In this document: piece by piece, positions 52,860-64,000 of the stretch
Layout: the number at the start of each line of letters is the position of its first letter
How positions within the stretch are numbered: the stretch's first letter is position 1
Assembly: GCF_006345805.1 (NCBI RefSeq)
Contig: NC_043007.1
Coordinates: 33,790,001 to 33,854,000, forward strand
DNA from: Octopus sinensis
Lineage: Eukaryota
DNA: 64,000 nt
Reading direction: 5' to 3'
Notes under the pieces: generated by a model
Database searches by the model: none
What the model was told of the DNA's origin: nothing
The model's input: the letters and a program-made list of their open reading frames with translations, nothing else
Program-made: the position numbers and the translations under genes

Positions 52860-54137
52860 CATACGTACTTATACACACACACACATACATACATACATAC
52901 ATACATACATGCATACACACATACATACATAGATACGTACATACATGCATACATTCGTATATATACACACACACATACATACATACATACATGCATACAT
53001 ACATGCTTACATAGATACATACACACATACATATATACATGCATACGCACATACTTACATACATGCATACATGCATACACACACATACACACACGCACAC
53101 ACATATATACGTATATATAGATATGTGTCTATATGTGTAAGTATACATACACACATACATATGATCATGTTAGAGAAAAAAGAGAGAGAGAAAGACAGAA
53201 GTAAGAGGAGTGAGAGACACAGAGGTGGAGAGTGAGAAAGAGAATAGAAAAACTAAAAAATCCATAATCAATCCGATAAGATATGGCAATGATATATGTG
53301 CGAAAAATCAAGAAAAAAAGGGGGCGGAAAATGGGAAGAAAAAAATAATCAAATTACAATAAAAGCATAATTATTTTAAAATAGCATTTGCGTAGAAAAT
53401 TCTATAAAATTAAGGATGATGAAGAAAATATATAAAATAGAATCTCAACAAAAACATTTAAAAATCACACACGCAAAAACAAGTAAAATCGTATTCATGA
53501 GTTAAAGCCTTAAGCGAACTGGTTGAAAGAATATGGCAATTCATGCATAATATGATATTATATTCTGAAAAACAAACAAAGAATGTATTCGGTGTTAAAC
53601 AAGAATAAACAAGAATGTAAAAATGTCATTAAAACAAACAATAAAAAAGCGAGTTTTTTTTTTCTTCTTGTGGTTGTTATTATTATTCCTCCCGGTAGAA
53701 TTGTTTTTTTTTTTTAGGGTTGTTTCATTTTTTTTTTTTTTTTTGTTGACTTTATTCCAACTGATGAAATGTTATTAGCAGTATGTTGAAAAAATGTGGA
53801 AAAATTGGAATATGAAAAAGTTTTAAAAGAGTGGGGGGAAAACAAAAAGTGAAAAGTCCCATAAAACCATGTTTGAAATGAATAAATGGAATCAAAAGTT
53901 ATAAACAAGTTTGGCGTGTGTTTTTAGTTACAACAAACATGGTTATTATGTGTGTCTATGTGCTCGTCTGTGTATGTGTCACATATTTCAGTAAACGCGG
54001 TGTTGTGTGTATGTGTGTATGCATGCGTATATGTATGTATGTACGCTTGTATGAGTTCATGTCTGTATGTATGCATGAACGTATACGTGCGTTCATGTAT
54101 GTATATATTTAAGTATGTATGCATGCATATATGTATG

Positions 54138-54169
<32 letters not shown>

Positions 54170-54245
54170 TACATACATATGTATATATGTATGTATATAT
54201 GTGTGTGTATATATATATACACATATATATGTGTGTGTATATATG

Positions 54246-54318
<73 letters not shown>

Positions 54319-54370
54319 TATACATATGTGTGTGTGCGTGTGTGTGTACTTGTGTGTGTATGTATCTACG
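52795..54370. repeat. (CATA)n, (TATG)n and (TA)n microsatellite fields separated by an A/T-rich spacer
   Basis: Read directly from the sequence. Confidence 0.85.
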
Positions 54371-54947
54371 TACGTATTATGGAGGATATCAATGTATAAT
54401 TGTACCCACAAACACAGATTTTTGTGTGTTTGGGGTACTATGTTTGTGTATGTAATTGGGACGCTGTATGGCTGTGTATGTGTGTGTGTGTGTATTATAT
54501 GCACCAAGAGACAATGAATTCTACATGCGCGTGTCTTATATGTATCAACAAGCAAATTATTCCATGTGCGCGGGGGAGTGTGTATGTTTGCTATATGCCA
54601 CAGTAAACACAATATTCTGCGTTTGTGTGTGTTATATATAACAGCAAACACAGTATTATGAGCGTGTATATGCACCAACATACACTGTATTATTATGTTC
54701 GAGTGTTTTATGCGTGCTGTATGTGTGTGCATGTGGTGTTTGTATGTAAAATATGTCAGAACGGGTAGGGAATTTATCAGGATGACATATGATACAGCAT
54801 ACAAGGTATTCTCTCTATGTGGCATGTTTTTTTTGTGCGTGACATGCATTAAACAGCGTAATCACTCACAGACACACATAAAAATTTCACCCGCTCTTTC
54901 CTCTCTCTCTCTTTCTCTCTCTCTCTGTCTCTCTCTCTCTCTGTCTC

Positions 54948-55014
<67 letters not shown>

Positions 55015-55016
<2 letters not shown>

Positions 55017-55290
55017 AGGCGCAATGGCCAAGTGGTTAGGGCAGTGGACTCGCGGTCGAAGGATCGCAGTTTCGATTTCCAGACCGGGCGTTGTGAGTGT
55101 TTATTGAGCGAAAACACCTAAAAGCTGCGCAAGGCTCCGGCAGGCTGTGGTGATCCCTACTGTACTCTTTCACCACTCTTTCTCTCTCTCTTTCTTCTGT
55201 TGGCCTGCTCGCTTAGCCAGCAGGGTGGCGTCATTCGAAGGCTAAAACAATGCGGACGCATTGTGACCAGCGATGTGTAAAACATCTGAC
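55015..55290 (+). mobile_element. tRNA-derived SINE, tail type 2 (3' end truncated against the next SINE)
   Basis: Reverse complement of 50590-50859. Confidence 0.82.
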
Positions 55291-55650
55291 TGCGGCTATG
55301 CTGAAGCACCGCCTTTAGTGAGCAAATAGACCCCAGGACTGTGTCTTTGGAAGCCTAGTACTCATTCTATCGTTCTGTTTTGCCGAACCGCTAAGTTACG
55401 GGGACGTAAACACACTACCATCGGTTGTCAAGCGACGTTGGTTGACAAACAAAGACACACAAACACACCACACACACACATATATATATATATTCATATA
55501 TACGACGGGCTTCTTTCAGTTTCCGTCTACCAAATCTACTCACAAGGCTTTGGTCGACCCGACGCTATAGTAGAAGACACTTGCCCAAGGTTCAACACGG
55601 AACCATGTGGTTGGCAAGCAAGCTACTTACCACACAGCCACTCCTGCGCC
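55285..55650 (-). mobile_element. tRNA-derived SINE with an internal microsatellite
   Basis: Same family as 62222-62636. Confidence 0.82.
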
Positions 55651-55651
55651 T

Positions 55652-55700
<49 letters not shown>

Positions 55701-55704
55701 TATT

Positions 55705-55840
55705 TTATGTAGAAAAATACAAACTGGGACAAGAACGTACAACATTTAGAAGACGATACAAAAAACACGGACGGGACATTCGAAGCCTTCAATCTTCAGT
55801 CAAGAACCGGATCATCGTAGCAATTTCGGCTGATTAATCT
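55705..55840 (-). repeat. Second copy of the segment at 49480-49620, between (TA)n tracts
   Basis: Reverse-complement similarity. Confidence 0.7.
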
Positions 55841-55919
55841 TGATATATAATATATACATATATGTCATTGTATTTGTGTATCTATCTATCTGTTTGTCTC
55901 TGTGAGGGTCCCATCGCAC

Positions 55920-56470
55920 AGCACAAGGTATTCTCTGTGTGGTATACGTTACAGAACGTAAAGTATTCATTGTATGTAACTTAATACTGCGATATAAACT
56001 ATTCCCTGTGTGAAATATTCCTACAACACAGAGTATTGTCTTTATGTAAGACACACGATATTCTTTGAGTGACACAATGCATCAGCCCATCCCCTAATCC
56101 CTGTGTATGGCGCATTACGAAATACATAAGATAATTTCTCCATGTGGCACACTACCAAAGCAGATCCACATATTATTCTCTCTTGTGAAACCTTCCCACA
56201 ACACAGAGTATTGTCTTTCTGTAAGTCATAAGATATTCTCTGAGTGACACAATGTCCCAATCGACACTGTAATTTCTGTGGCGCATTACACAATACACAA
56301 AATAATCTCTATATGTGACACATTAGCATAACACATGCACACATTATTCTCTATATGTGGCACATTACCACACCATATAGAGCAATCTGTGTAAGTGATC
56401 CAATATACAACATGGTTATTTCTCTCAGTGACAGATTAGCACAATATTCAGGATATTCTCTGAGTGTATG
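55920..56470. repeat. Degenerate tandem repeat (subunit about 30 bp, higher-order repeat about 175 bp)
   Basis: Recurring TATTCTCT.TGTG..AC. ACAACACAGAGTATTGTCTTT.TGTAAG occurs near 56024 and 56199. Confidence 0.6.
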
Positions 56471-56715
56471 TGACAAAAAAGATTTTGAAAAGACACTCAC
56501 AGACTTAAAACTGACTTGCTGAAGGTATTTAGTTTCTTAGGACAAAGGAAGGAAATGGTAACAAGATATCAGGTAGAAAAATAGGAAAGCTGGATCGATT
56601 TAGCTGATAATGTAAGGCATATTTCAGAAAATAATTTGCGCTTTCTGAATGATAGACAAGAATTAAATTAGTGTTAATGTAGAAAGAGCCTTCTTAGCAA
56701 AGCATATTCTATACC

Positions 56716-56949
56716 CATTTCTTTATTACCCACAAGGGGCTAAACATAGAAGGGACAAACAAGGACAGACGTAGATATTAAGTCGATTACATCGACCCCA
56801 GTGCGTAACTGGTACTTAATTTATCGATCCCGAAAGGATGAAAGGTAAAGTCGACCTCGGCGGAATTTGAACTCACAACGTAACGGCATACGAAATACCG
56901 CTAAGCATTTCGCCCGACGTGCTAACGTTTCTGCCAGCTCGCCACCTTA
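56716..56949 (-). mobile_element. Meta-like SINE monomer with a 10-bp TSD
   Basis: TSD ATTCTATACC at 56706-15 and 56950-59. Confidence 0.88.
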
Positions 56950-57194
56950 ATTCTATACCGCTTTTGCAGAAGTCGTGAAGAAATAATTATGTACATAAAT
57001 GTAAACATGAAATCATACGTCGTCCTGAAGGTGTAGAAGTTTTTGATATTCTAAAGAATGTCTTACTCAGTGAGAGAATACACGCTGAAAACAAAATGGC
57101 TGTCTGTTGATGCAATATAAGTGATTGGTAGAAGTAGTGGTAGTAGATCGTTTTGGCGGGAAAGGCGGGCTTAAACTCTGATCATGCATACATA

Positions 57195-57592
57195 TCTTTA
57201 TATATAAAAGAGAAGTTGTATGTCTGTCTCCTACGATTTAGATTCCTAACTACTCCCACATTTTGCGGTGCAGTTTAACCAAAAGCGGGTATTTTATAGT
57301 CGTGATTCATATCGAAGCCTTCTGGGTATTAGCGCGCGTCTACGATGAGTCTACGATTTAAAAAAAATTTACCATCATTTTTTTCGATTTTAATGCATTT
57401 GTTTCGCTATTGAATAAGGGAAGTAACTCTCTAAAAATGACTACGATGAGTCAACGATTTAAAAAAAAATTTACCATCATTTTTTTTCCATTTTTAGTGC
57501 ATTTTTTGGCTATTTTTTAGCTATAACTCTCTAAAAATGCTTATATAGTTATTTCCCGTACAAACCCGAGCAACGCCGGGCGATACTGCTAG
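57195..57592 (+). mobile_element. Non-autonomous Helitron
   Basis: 5' TC after A; 3' hairpin CCCG-agcaacgc-CGGG followed by CTAG; next base T; no TSD. Confidence 0.85.
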
Positions 57593-57609
57593 TATACGAA
57601 TAAATTAAT

Positions 57610-57719
57610 AAATGTGTGTGTGTGTGTGTGTGTGTGTGTTGTGGTGTGTAACGTAAAATATAGAATGCAGGAGGCTTAACCCATATCTATGTTTTGAATA
57701 ATGTGCACGTTTCAGAAAC

Positions 57720-57759
<40 letters not shown>

Positions 57760-57814
57760 TGAATGTATAATATATATATATATATATATGTATATATATT
57801 ATGAATGTATTATA

Positions 57815-57865
<51 letters not shown>

Positions 57866-58208
57866 TATATATAGATATATTTATGAATGTATATAATATA
57901 TATATATGTTATATATATGTATGAATGTATATATATAATATATATATATATATATCTATATATGTATAATTAATATATATAATATATATATATGTAATGA
58001 TGTATATATAATATATATATATCTATATATTATATATATGTAATATATGTATGATTATATATATATTATATATATATATATGATATCTATGTATATATAT
58101 GTATGAATGTATATATATATATATGTATATATATATGTATGAATGTATTATATATTACTTTTTATATAATATATATATTATATATATATATATATATATG
58201 TATGAATG

Positions 58209-58239
<31 letters not shown>

Positions 58240-58348
58240 ATATATGTATATATATATGAATGTATATATATATATATATATATAATAATATGTATATAGA
58301 TATGTATGAATGTATATATATCTAATATATATATATATTTTATGAATG

Positions 58349-58382
<34 letters not shown>

Positions 58383-58480
58383 ATATAATATATATGTATG
58401 AATGTATATATATATATATATATATATGTATGAATGTATATATATATATATATATTATATAATATATATAATATTATGTA
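57610..58480. repeat. (TG)n and (TA)n with a recurring GTATGAATG unit
   Basis: Read directly from the sequence. Confidence 0.9.
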
Positions 58481-58754
58481 ATTAAGACTCAGTTCAATTA
58501 GGCACTTAGTTGAGGCACCAAGTATGTCCAGTATTGTCCATACAACTCGGAGTTTGGTGAATAAAAAGGTAGAAAATCTGGATCGATTTGGCTGATAATG
58601 AATGGCATATTTCAGAAAATAATTTACGCTTTCTGAATTATATACGAATTAAATTAGTGTTAATGTAGAAAAGCCTTCAGCACAAAGCATACGCTTCACT
58701 GCTTTTCCCGAAGACGCGAGGAAAAAAATTATGTACATTATTTACCTTTATATA

Positions 58755-58835
<81 letters not shown>

Positions 58836-59347
58836 GCGAGAAGTGGCTGTGTGGTAAGTAGCTTGCTTACGAACCACACTGTTCAGTCATTTAACTGTGG
58901 TCATGCTGGAGCACCGCCTTTTAGTCGAGCAAATCGACCCCAGGACTTATTCTTTGTAAGCCTAGAACTTATTCTATAGGTCACTTTTGACGAACCGCTA
59001 AGTTACGGGGACGTAAACACACCAGCATCGGTTGTCAAGCAATTTTCGTTGGGACAAACATAAAACATATATATACACATATACGACAGGCTATAGCAGA
59101 AGACACATGCCATATGTGCCACGCAGAGGGACTGAACTCAGAACCATGTGGTTACCATGTGGTTGGTAAGCAAGCTTATTACCACACAGCCACTCATGCG
59201 CCTATATATATAAACAGAGAGTAAGAGAAACAGAGAGAAGTAGGGTGTTGTATATGTATACATTCATACCTATAGGCGGTAGATCAATTTTCAAATACCA
59301 GAAGCATTTTCCTGTAACATTTTACCATGATACTCATCGGGTTGATA

Positions 59348-59730
59348 TCTCTCTATATATAAACGGCAGTTTGTCTCTGTGTGTTTCTGTGTGTCTGTTT
59401 GGTTGTACCCTCACTCTGACCACGGCTTTCAACCGATTCTGATTAAACTTAACACACACATAGCCCAATGTCATAATTAAAAACTAACGCAGCGAAAATT
59501 TTGAAAAGTTCCCCCAGTTCTGAAAAAAATCGATAAATTCGACATAGGGTCGAGAATCAGAAACACAAACCACAGACTGTCATGGGGACGCAACTCCACC
59601 TTTTTAACTCTCAAAAAAATTTACCATAATTTTTTTCCCATTTTTTTGCTATATTTTGGCTATAACTATCTAAAAATGCTTTATAGTTATTTCCCTTACA
59701 AACCCGAGCAACGCCGGGCGATACTGCTAG
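59348..59730 (+). mobile_element. Non-autonomous Helitron (same 3' end as 57195-57592, different 5' half)
   Basis: A|TC start; ends CCCGAGCAACGCCGGGCGATACTGCTAG|T. Confidence 0.85.
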
Positions 59731-59830
59731 TATAGTATAAATATTAAACCAGATATTCCAACACGCCATGTAAATGATATAACGACAAAAAGTAACCAAA
59801 CACACACAAGCATACACACACTCATGCACA

Positions 59831-60159
59831 ACCGGGACCCCCTTCGGTCACGACACTGACCATGGGATTGCACCTAGAAAGTTACCCTCCTAGTCACAAG
59901 TCTGGGTATGGTTGTTTATGGAAGACCAGCAGTCACCCATGCATACCGGCTCCCTCTCCACGCCACCAGTGTTATCCAAGGGTAAGGCAAAGGCCGATAC
60001 AGCTTGGCACCTGTGATGTCGCAACTCATTTTTGCCAGCTGAGTGAACTGGAGCAACGTGAAATAAAGTGTCTGGCTCAAGAACACAACACGCAGCCCGG
60101 TCCGGGATTCGAGCTCACAACCTCACGATCGTAAGCTCGACGCTCTAACCACTGAGCCA
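59831..60159 (-). mobile_element. tRNA-derived SINE (another family)
   Basis: Minus-strand head TGGCTCAGTGGTTAGAGCGTCGAGCTTACGATCGTGAGGTTGTGAGCTCGAATCCC, followed by GTGTTCTTGAGCCAGACACTTT. Confidence 0.8.
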
Positions 60160-60500
60160 ACCACACACACACACATACACACGTGCTCGCACACACTCAT
60201 GCACGCGCATTATTCACCAGTACGTAATTGTTTCTTACACTCACGCTCACGCGCAGACACACAAACGCACACACTCACTGGCATACTGGTCATAATTACA
60301 TGGTATACGATGATTTCCCAGAGGTGGAATCTGAAAAGAAAAGAGAAATCAATGAATGCTTATGGCCCAGCAAACATCTCGGAATATTTGCTCTCCTTCT
60401 TTTCGTTTCATGCAAGTTCGACATACATCTAAATGTCTTATAATAATTAATTCTTCAATAATAAATTCCACCCCATGTGCCAAGCTTTGAAGCCATACAC

Positions 60501-60543
<43 letters not shown>

Positions 60544-60553
60544 TATATATATA

Positions 60554-60586
<33 letters not shown>

Positions 60587-60895
60587 GTATATATATATAT
60601 ATATACATTATATATTATATACATTATATAATATATCCACATAATAAATCTCTGAACCAGGTATAAACAGTAACTGCACGACAATGTGAGGTATATTTGC
60701 CATCTCAATATCGCTGACCACTAAGGGTCGGTGTTACTGTAGCTTGTAGCCCCAGGAGAGCATCGTCTCCAGCTGGCTGTAGGCTCACTTTCTGTGCCCT
60801 AACGGTATTTGCAAAGGGAGGTCATCCTTGCCTCGTCAGTTTAAGTGACACGCACGGACTGCATATATAATATATCATATATAATATATATACAT

Positions 60896-60938
<43 letters not shown>

Positions 60939-61340
60939 GGCGCAGGAGTAGCTTTGTGGTAAGTAGCTTGCTTACCAGCCACACCTTTCGGGTTCACTCC
61001 GACTCCGTGGCACCTTGGGCAGTCTTGTACTATAACCTCGGGCCAATCATAGCCCTGTCAATGAATTTGCTAGACGGAAACTGAAAGAAGCCCGTCGTAT
61101 AAATATATATATATATATATATGTGCGCATGTGTGTGCATCTATGTTTGTCCCCCACCCCCACCATCACTTGACAACCGTACTTGGTGTATTTACGTCCC
61201 CGTAACTTAGCGGTTTGGCAAAATTGACCGATAGAATATGTACTAGGCTTACAAAGAGTATGTCCTGCGGGTCGATTTGTTCGACTAAAAGCGATACGCC
61301 AGGATGGCCCCAGTCAAATGACTGAAACAAATAAAAGAAT
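60939..61340 (+). mobile_element. tRNA-derived SINE with an internal microsatellite (diverged copy)
   Basis: Head GGCGCAGGAGTAGCTTTGTGGTAAGTAGCTTGC; tail CAGTCAAATGACTGAAACAA. Confidence 0.82.
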
Positions 61341-62221
61341 ATAATAATAAAATAATATATATATATATATTCTTAACCTAGAATATGATTGATAGTGGTA
61401 ATTGAGTTGTAGCGTGGTTTGTGGTGGAGAGGTGTTCTGGAGAAATTTTTACTGATGAAATTTGCGCTTATGTTATTGTTTAGAATTTATTCATGCATGT
61501 AAACCTTTGTCAGCTAGAGTGTATATTTAGGTGTGCCTCCTTCAGATCATAGGCCTGTTTTTGAGCTGTCAAAATAGCAAAGGACATTTGAAGTACTTTT
61601 AACTGTTTCTGTTTTATTGGATTTAATTCTTGGCTTTGACAATGTACATATATTTGACATATACATGTATATTATGCTACCAGTATATCTAAGACTACAC
61701 GTGTTGGCTATTTCAGTTACATCCTAAACAAGTGAGAGAACTAAAGCCTTTGCATATGGTCTCAAAATTTGCTAGGAACAGTAGTTAAGTTCCCTTGAAA
61801 TCATGCTCCATACCGCCTTAAATATAACAAAAAATATTAGCTGTTAAAGTCCAATGTTCATCTAAAAGACAGGATAGTCACGTTCGGAGATACTTTGATA
61901 TGATTACTCAGTCATGCCATAGCTGTGTGATTAAGAACTTTGTTCCAGAACCATGTGGATATCGGGTTCAGTCGCATTGTCTTCTACCGTAACGTTTGTT
62001 TGTTCAGTGTGGGGGAATCAATCTCGACGCTCAATTTACGAGAAATTATAGTCACATAGTCCTCGAATTATGCCCAACGATAATGAATGACAATGAAAAA
62101 TGTAGTCTTAGATACATAAGATGGTCTGATTACAACTTGGACGCCTTTTACCATAGATTGTTTTCCATGTAGGAGACAGAGAAAAATTCTAATACCGTTG
62201 ATATTAGTTTTCTCAAATCCA

Positions 62222-62636
62222 TACTCTTTTACTCTTTTACTTCTTTCAGTCATTTGACTGCGGCCATGCTGGAGTACCGCCTTTAGTCGAGCAAATCGAC
62301 CCCGGGACTTATTCTTTGTAAGCCCAGTACTTATTCTATCGGTCTCTTTTGCCGAACCGCTAAGTAACGGGGACGTAAACACACTAGCATCGGTTGTCAA
62401 GCAATGCTAGGGTGACAAACACAGACACACAAACATATACACACACACTTATATATATATGTATATACATATATACGACAGGCTTCTTTCAGTTTCCGTC
62501 TACCAAATCCACTCACAAGGCATTGGTCGGCCCGGCTATAGCATAAGACACTTGCCCAAGATGCCACGCAGTGGGACTGAACCCGGAACCATGTGGTTGG
62601 TTAGCAAGCTACTTACCACACAGCCACTCCTGCGCC
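62222..62636 (-). mobile_element. tRNA-derived SINE with an internal microsatellite, full length (used as the reference copy here)
   Basis: Head GGCGCAGGAGTGGCTGTGTGG...GGTTCAGTCCC; tail (AAAAGAGT)n. Confidence 0.9.
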
Positions 62637-64000
62637 TAGTTCATGAACAATCAATACTAACGTTTTCTATCCCGCTTCCTTCCTTACATTTATTTTGATT
62701 GGATTATTATTTTTGAAGGAAAATACTATTATCGTTGAATATGAAAAACTAAGACATTTCAAAATATACCTTGAAGCCTGCCCGCAGAAACTGGATATTT
62801 CGCATGTTTCATTTAATGAATTTAAAACTCTAAAAGTTAAACTTCTACATTTACACTCATCTTACAGTGAATGTTTGGAAGATAAGACACGTGTTTGTCG
62901 AGAACCCATGATATAAGTTTGTCCATTTTGTTTTAAACACAATCGGCCTAGTTTCTTTCAAAACCCAAACGTACTTGGTAAGTTCCTTTAGAAACTTGAA
63001 GCAGCGTATAAGCCGTTAGGAGCGTATACTGTTCTGTCTGTAATTATCGCCCTAAACAAATACCTTCGGAAAGCAATTGCTCTTTATAAAGAGTTATCTA
63101 GATTGGTGATCTTATAAGTGGACAAAATACAATATTACTGTTGTTGGCGAGTGTACTTTTTCTTTTTAGCTTTTAACAGGGCAAGCAGACTTTTACAATA
63201 AAATTAACTAACTTTATCTATGCTTCTGCTAAAGATTTTGTGATATCTATAATTTGATATTGAAACGAAAAGATTAAATTCTGAAATTCTTTGGAAATAT
63301 TTATTTTGACGTTTAAATTTAAAGTTAGATTATACCGCAGAATATTTCTAGGTTTATTGTTATAAGCTGAAGTATTAGCTTACTAATATGCTGAATTTTT
63401 TATCTCAAAAGCCACTACTGAGTAATGGCTTGGTATAACAAAAAGAAGAGCTTAAAATAAATTTTCATTAGATAGCACTGAAGAAATACGATTTCTTATG
63501 TTAGCAATAAATATTCTAGAATAATAGAATTAAAATTCATGCTGATATAAAATAGCTTTCCTTTTAGTTTTCGCTCCAGGCAGAATGTATTTTTGCTTAA
63601 GTAAAAAGTATCAGCCATAGAATTAACTATATTAATATTGCCATCAACTTCAAGTTTTTTTTTTTATTTAGAATTAAATACTCTCTGGTTTATTCTGTCC
63701 GTCTAATACATTATCATTCATAATGCACATTATTACCAGTTTCCGCAACACAATTTTCCTATGTAAAAAAATTCTTAAAATATTTGATTCTGATCATTTT
63801 GCAGACCTCAGTCCCATTGCATTTCCTATGAAATCATCGAATATTTGGTTTCTGTATATTTTTTTTATCTGAACTGAATTGTCATAAAATGTAGGATGAT
63901 TCTTCTTTGTGTACAAAATATTTTGATATCATATTCACAGACTGATACAACAGTGATGTTGACGAATAAAGTTATGACTCGAAGAGATTTCGTAATAATT

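Noticed and set aside
62870-62978. AG...GTAAGT-bounded candidate coding exon
   Set aside because: There are stop codons in all three frames and no other support.

Overview
AT-rich eukaryotic DNA made mostly of repeats and microsatellites. The SINE families present suggest an octopus or other coleoid cephalopod genome; this is an inference and was not searched. I found no host protein-coding gene, true tRNA/rRNA gene or CRISPR array, and most ORFs in the track are microsatellite translations. The window contains: an RTE LINE split by a nested, nearly complete CR1-type LINE with a 7-bp TSD; a full-length dead mariner; hAT, Hero-like, RTE and Penelope-like (PLE) remnants; two Helitron-type non-autonomous elements; several tRNA-derived SINE families, one of which forms head-to-tail multimers; a 107/108-bp minisatellite; and a 100-N gap. 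The most notable items are five. (1) Hammerhead-ribozyme (HHR) motifs, one family of which has a long, covarying stem-II insertion. These motifs occur as outward-facing pairs in three unrelated foldback elements (about 4.6 kb, 330 bp and 172 bp). (2) A 2.26-kb ORF1-only L1/Tx1-like element inserted with a 15-bp TSD into a SINE's tRNA-like head. (3) An internally deleted LINE whose ORF1 combines a Myb/SANT-like domain with tandem CCCH fingers. (4) A minisatellite built from a SINE B-box segment, next to a CTCF-like motif. (5) SINE multimers that share one recurrent self-complementary junction. Coordinates of degenerate fragments are approximate; all family assignments are from recalled motifs, not database searches.
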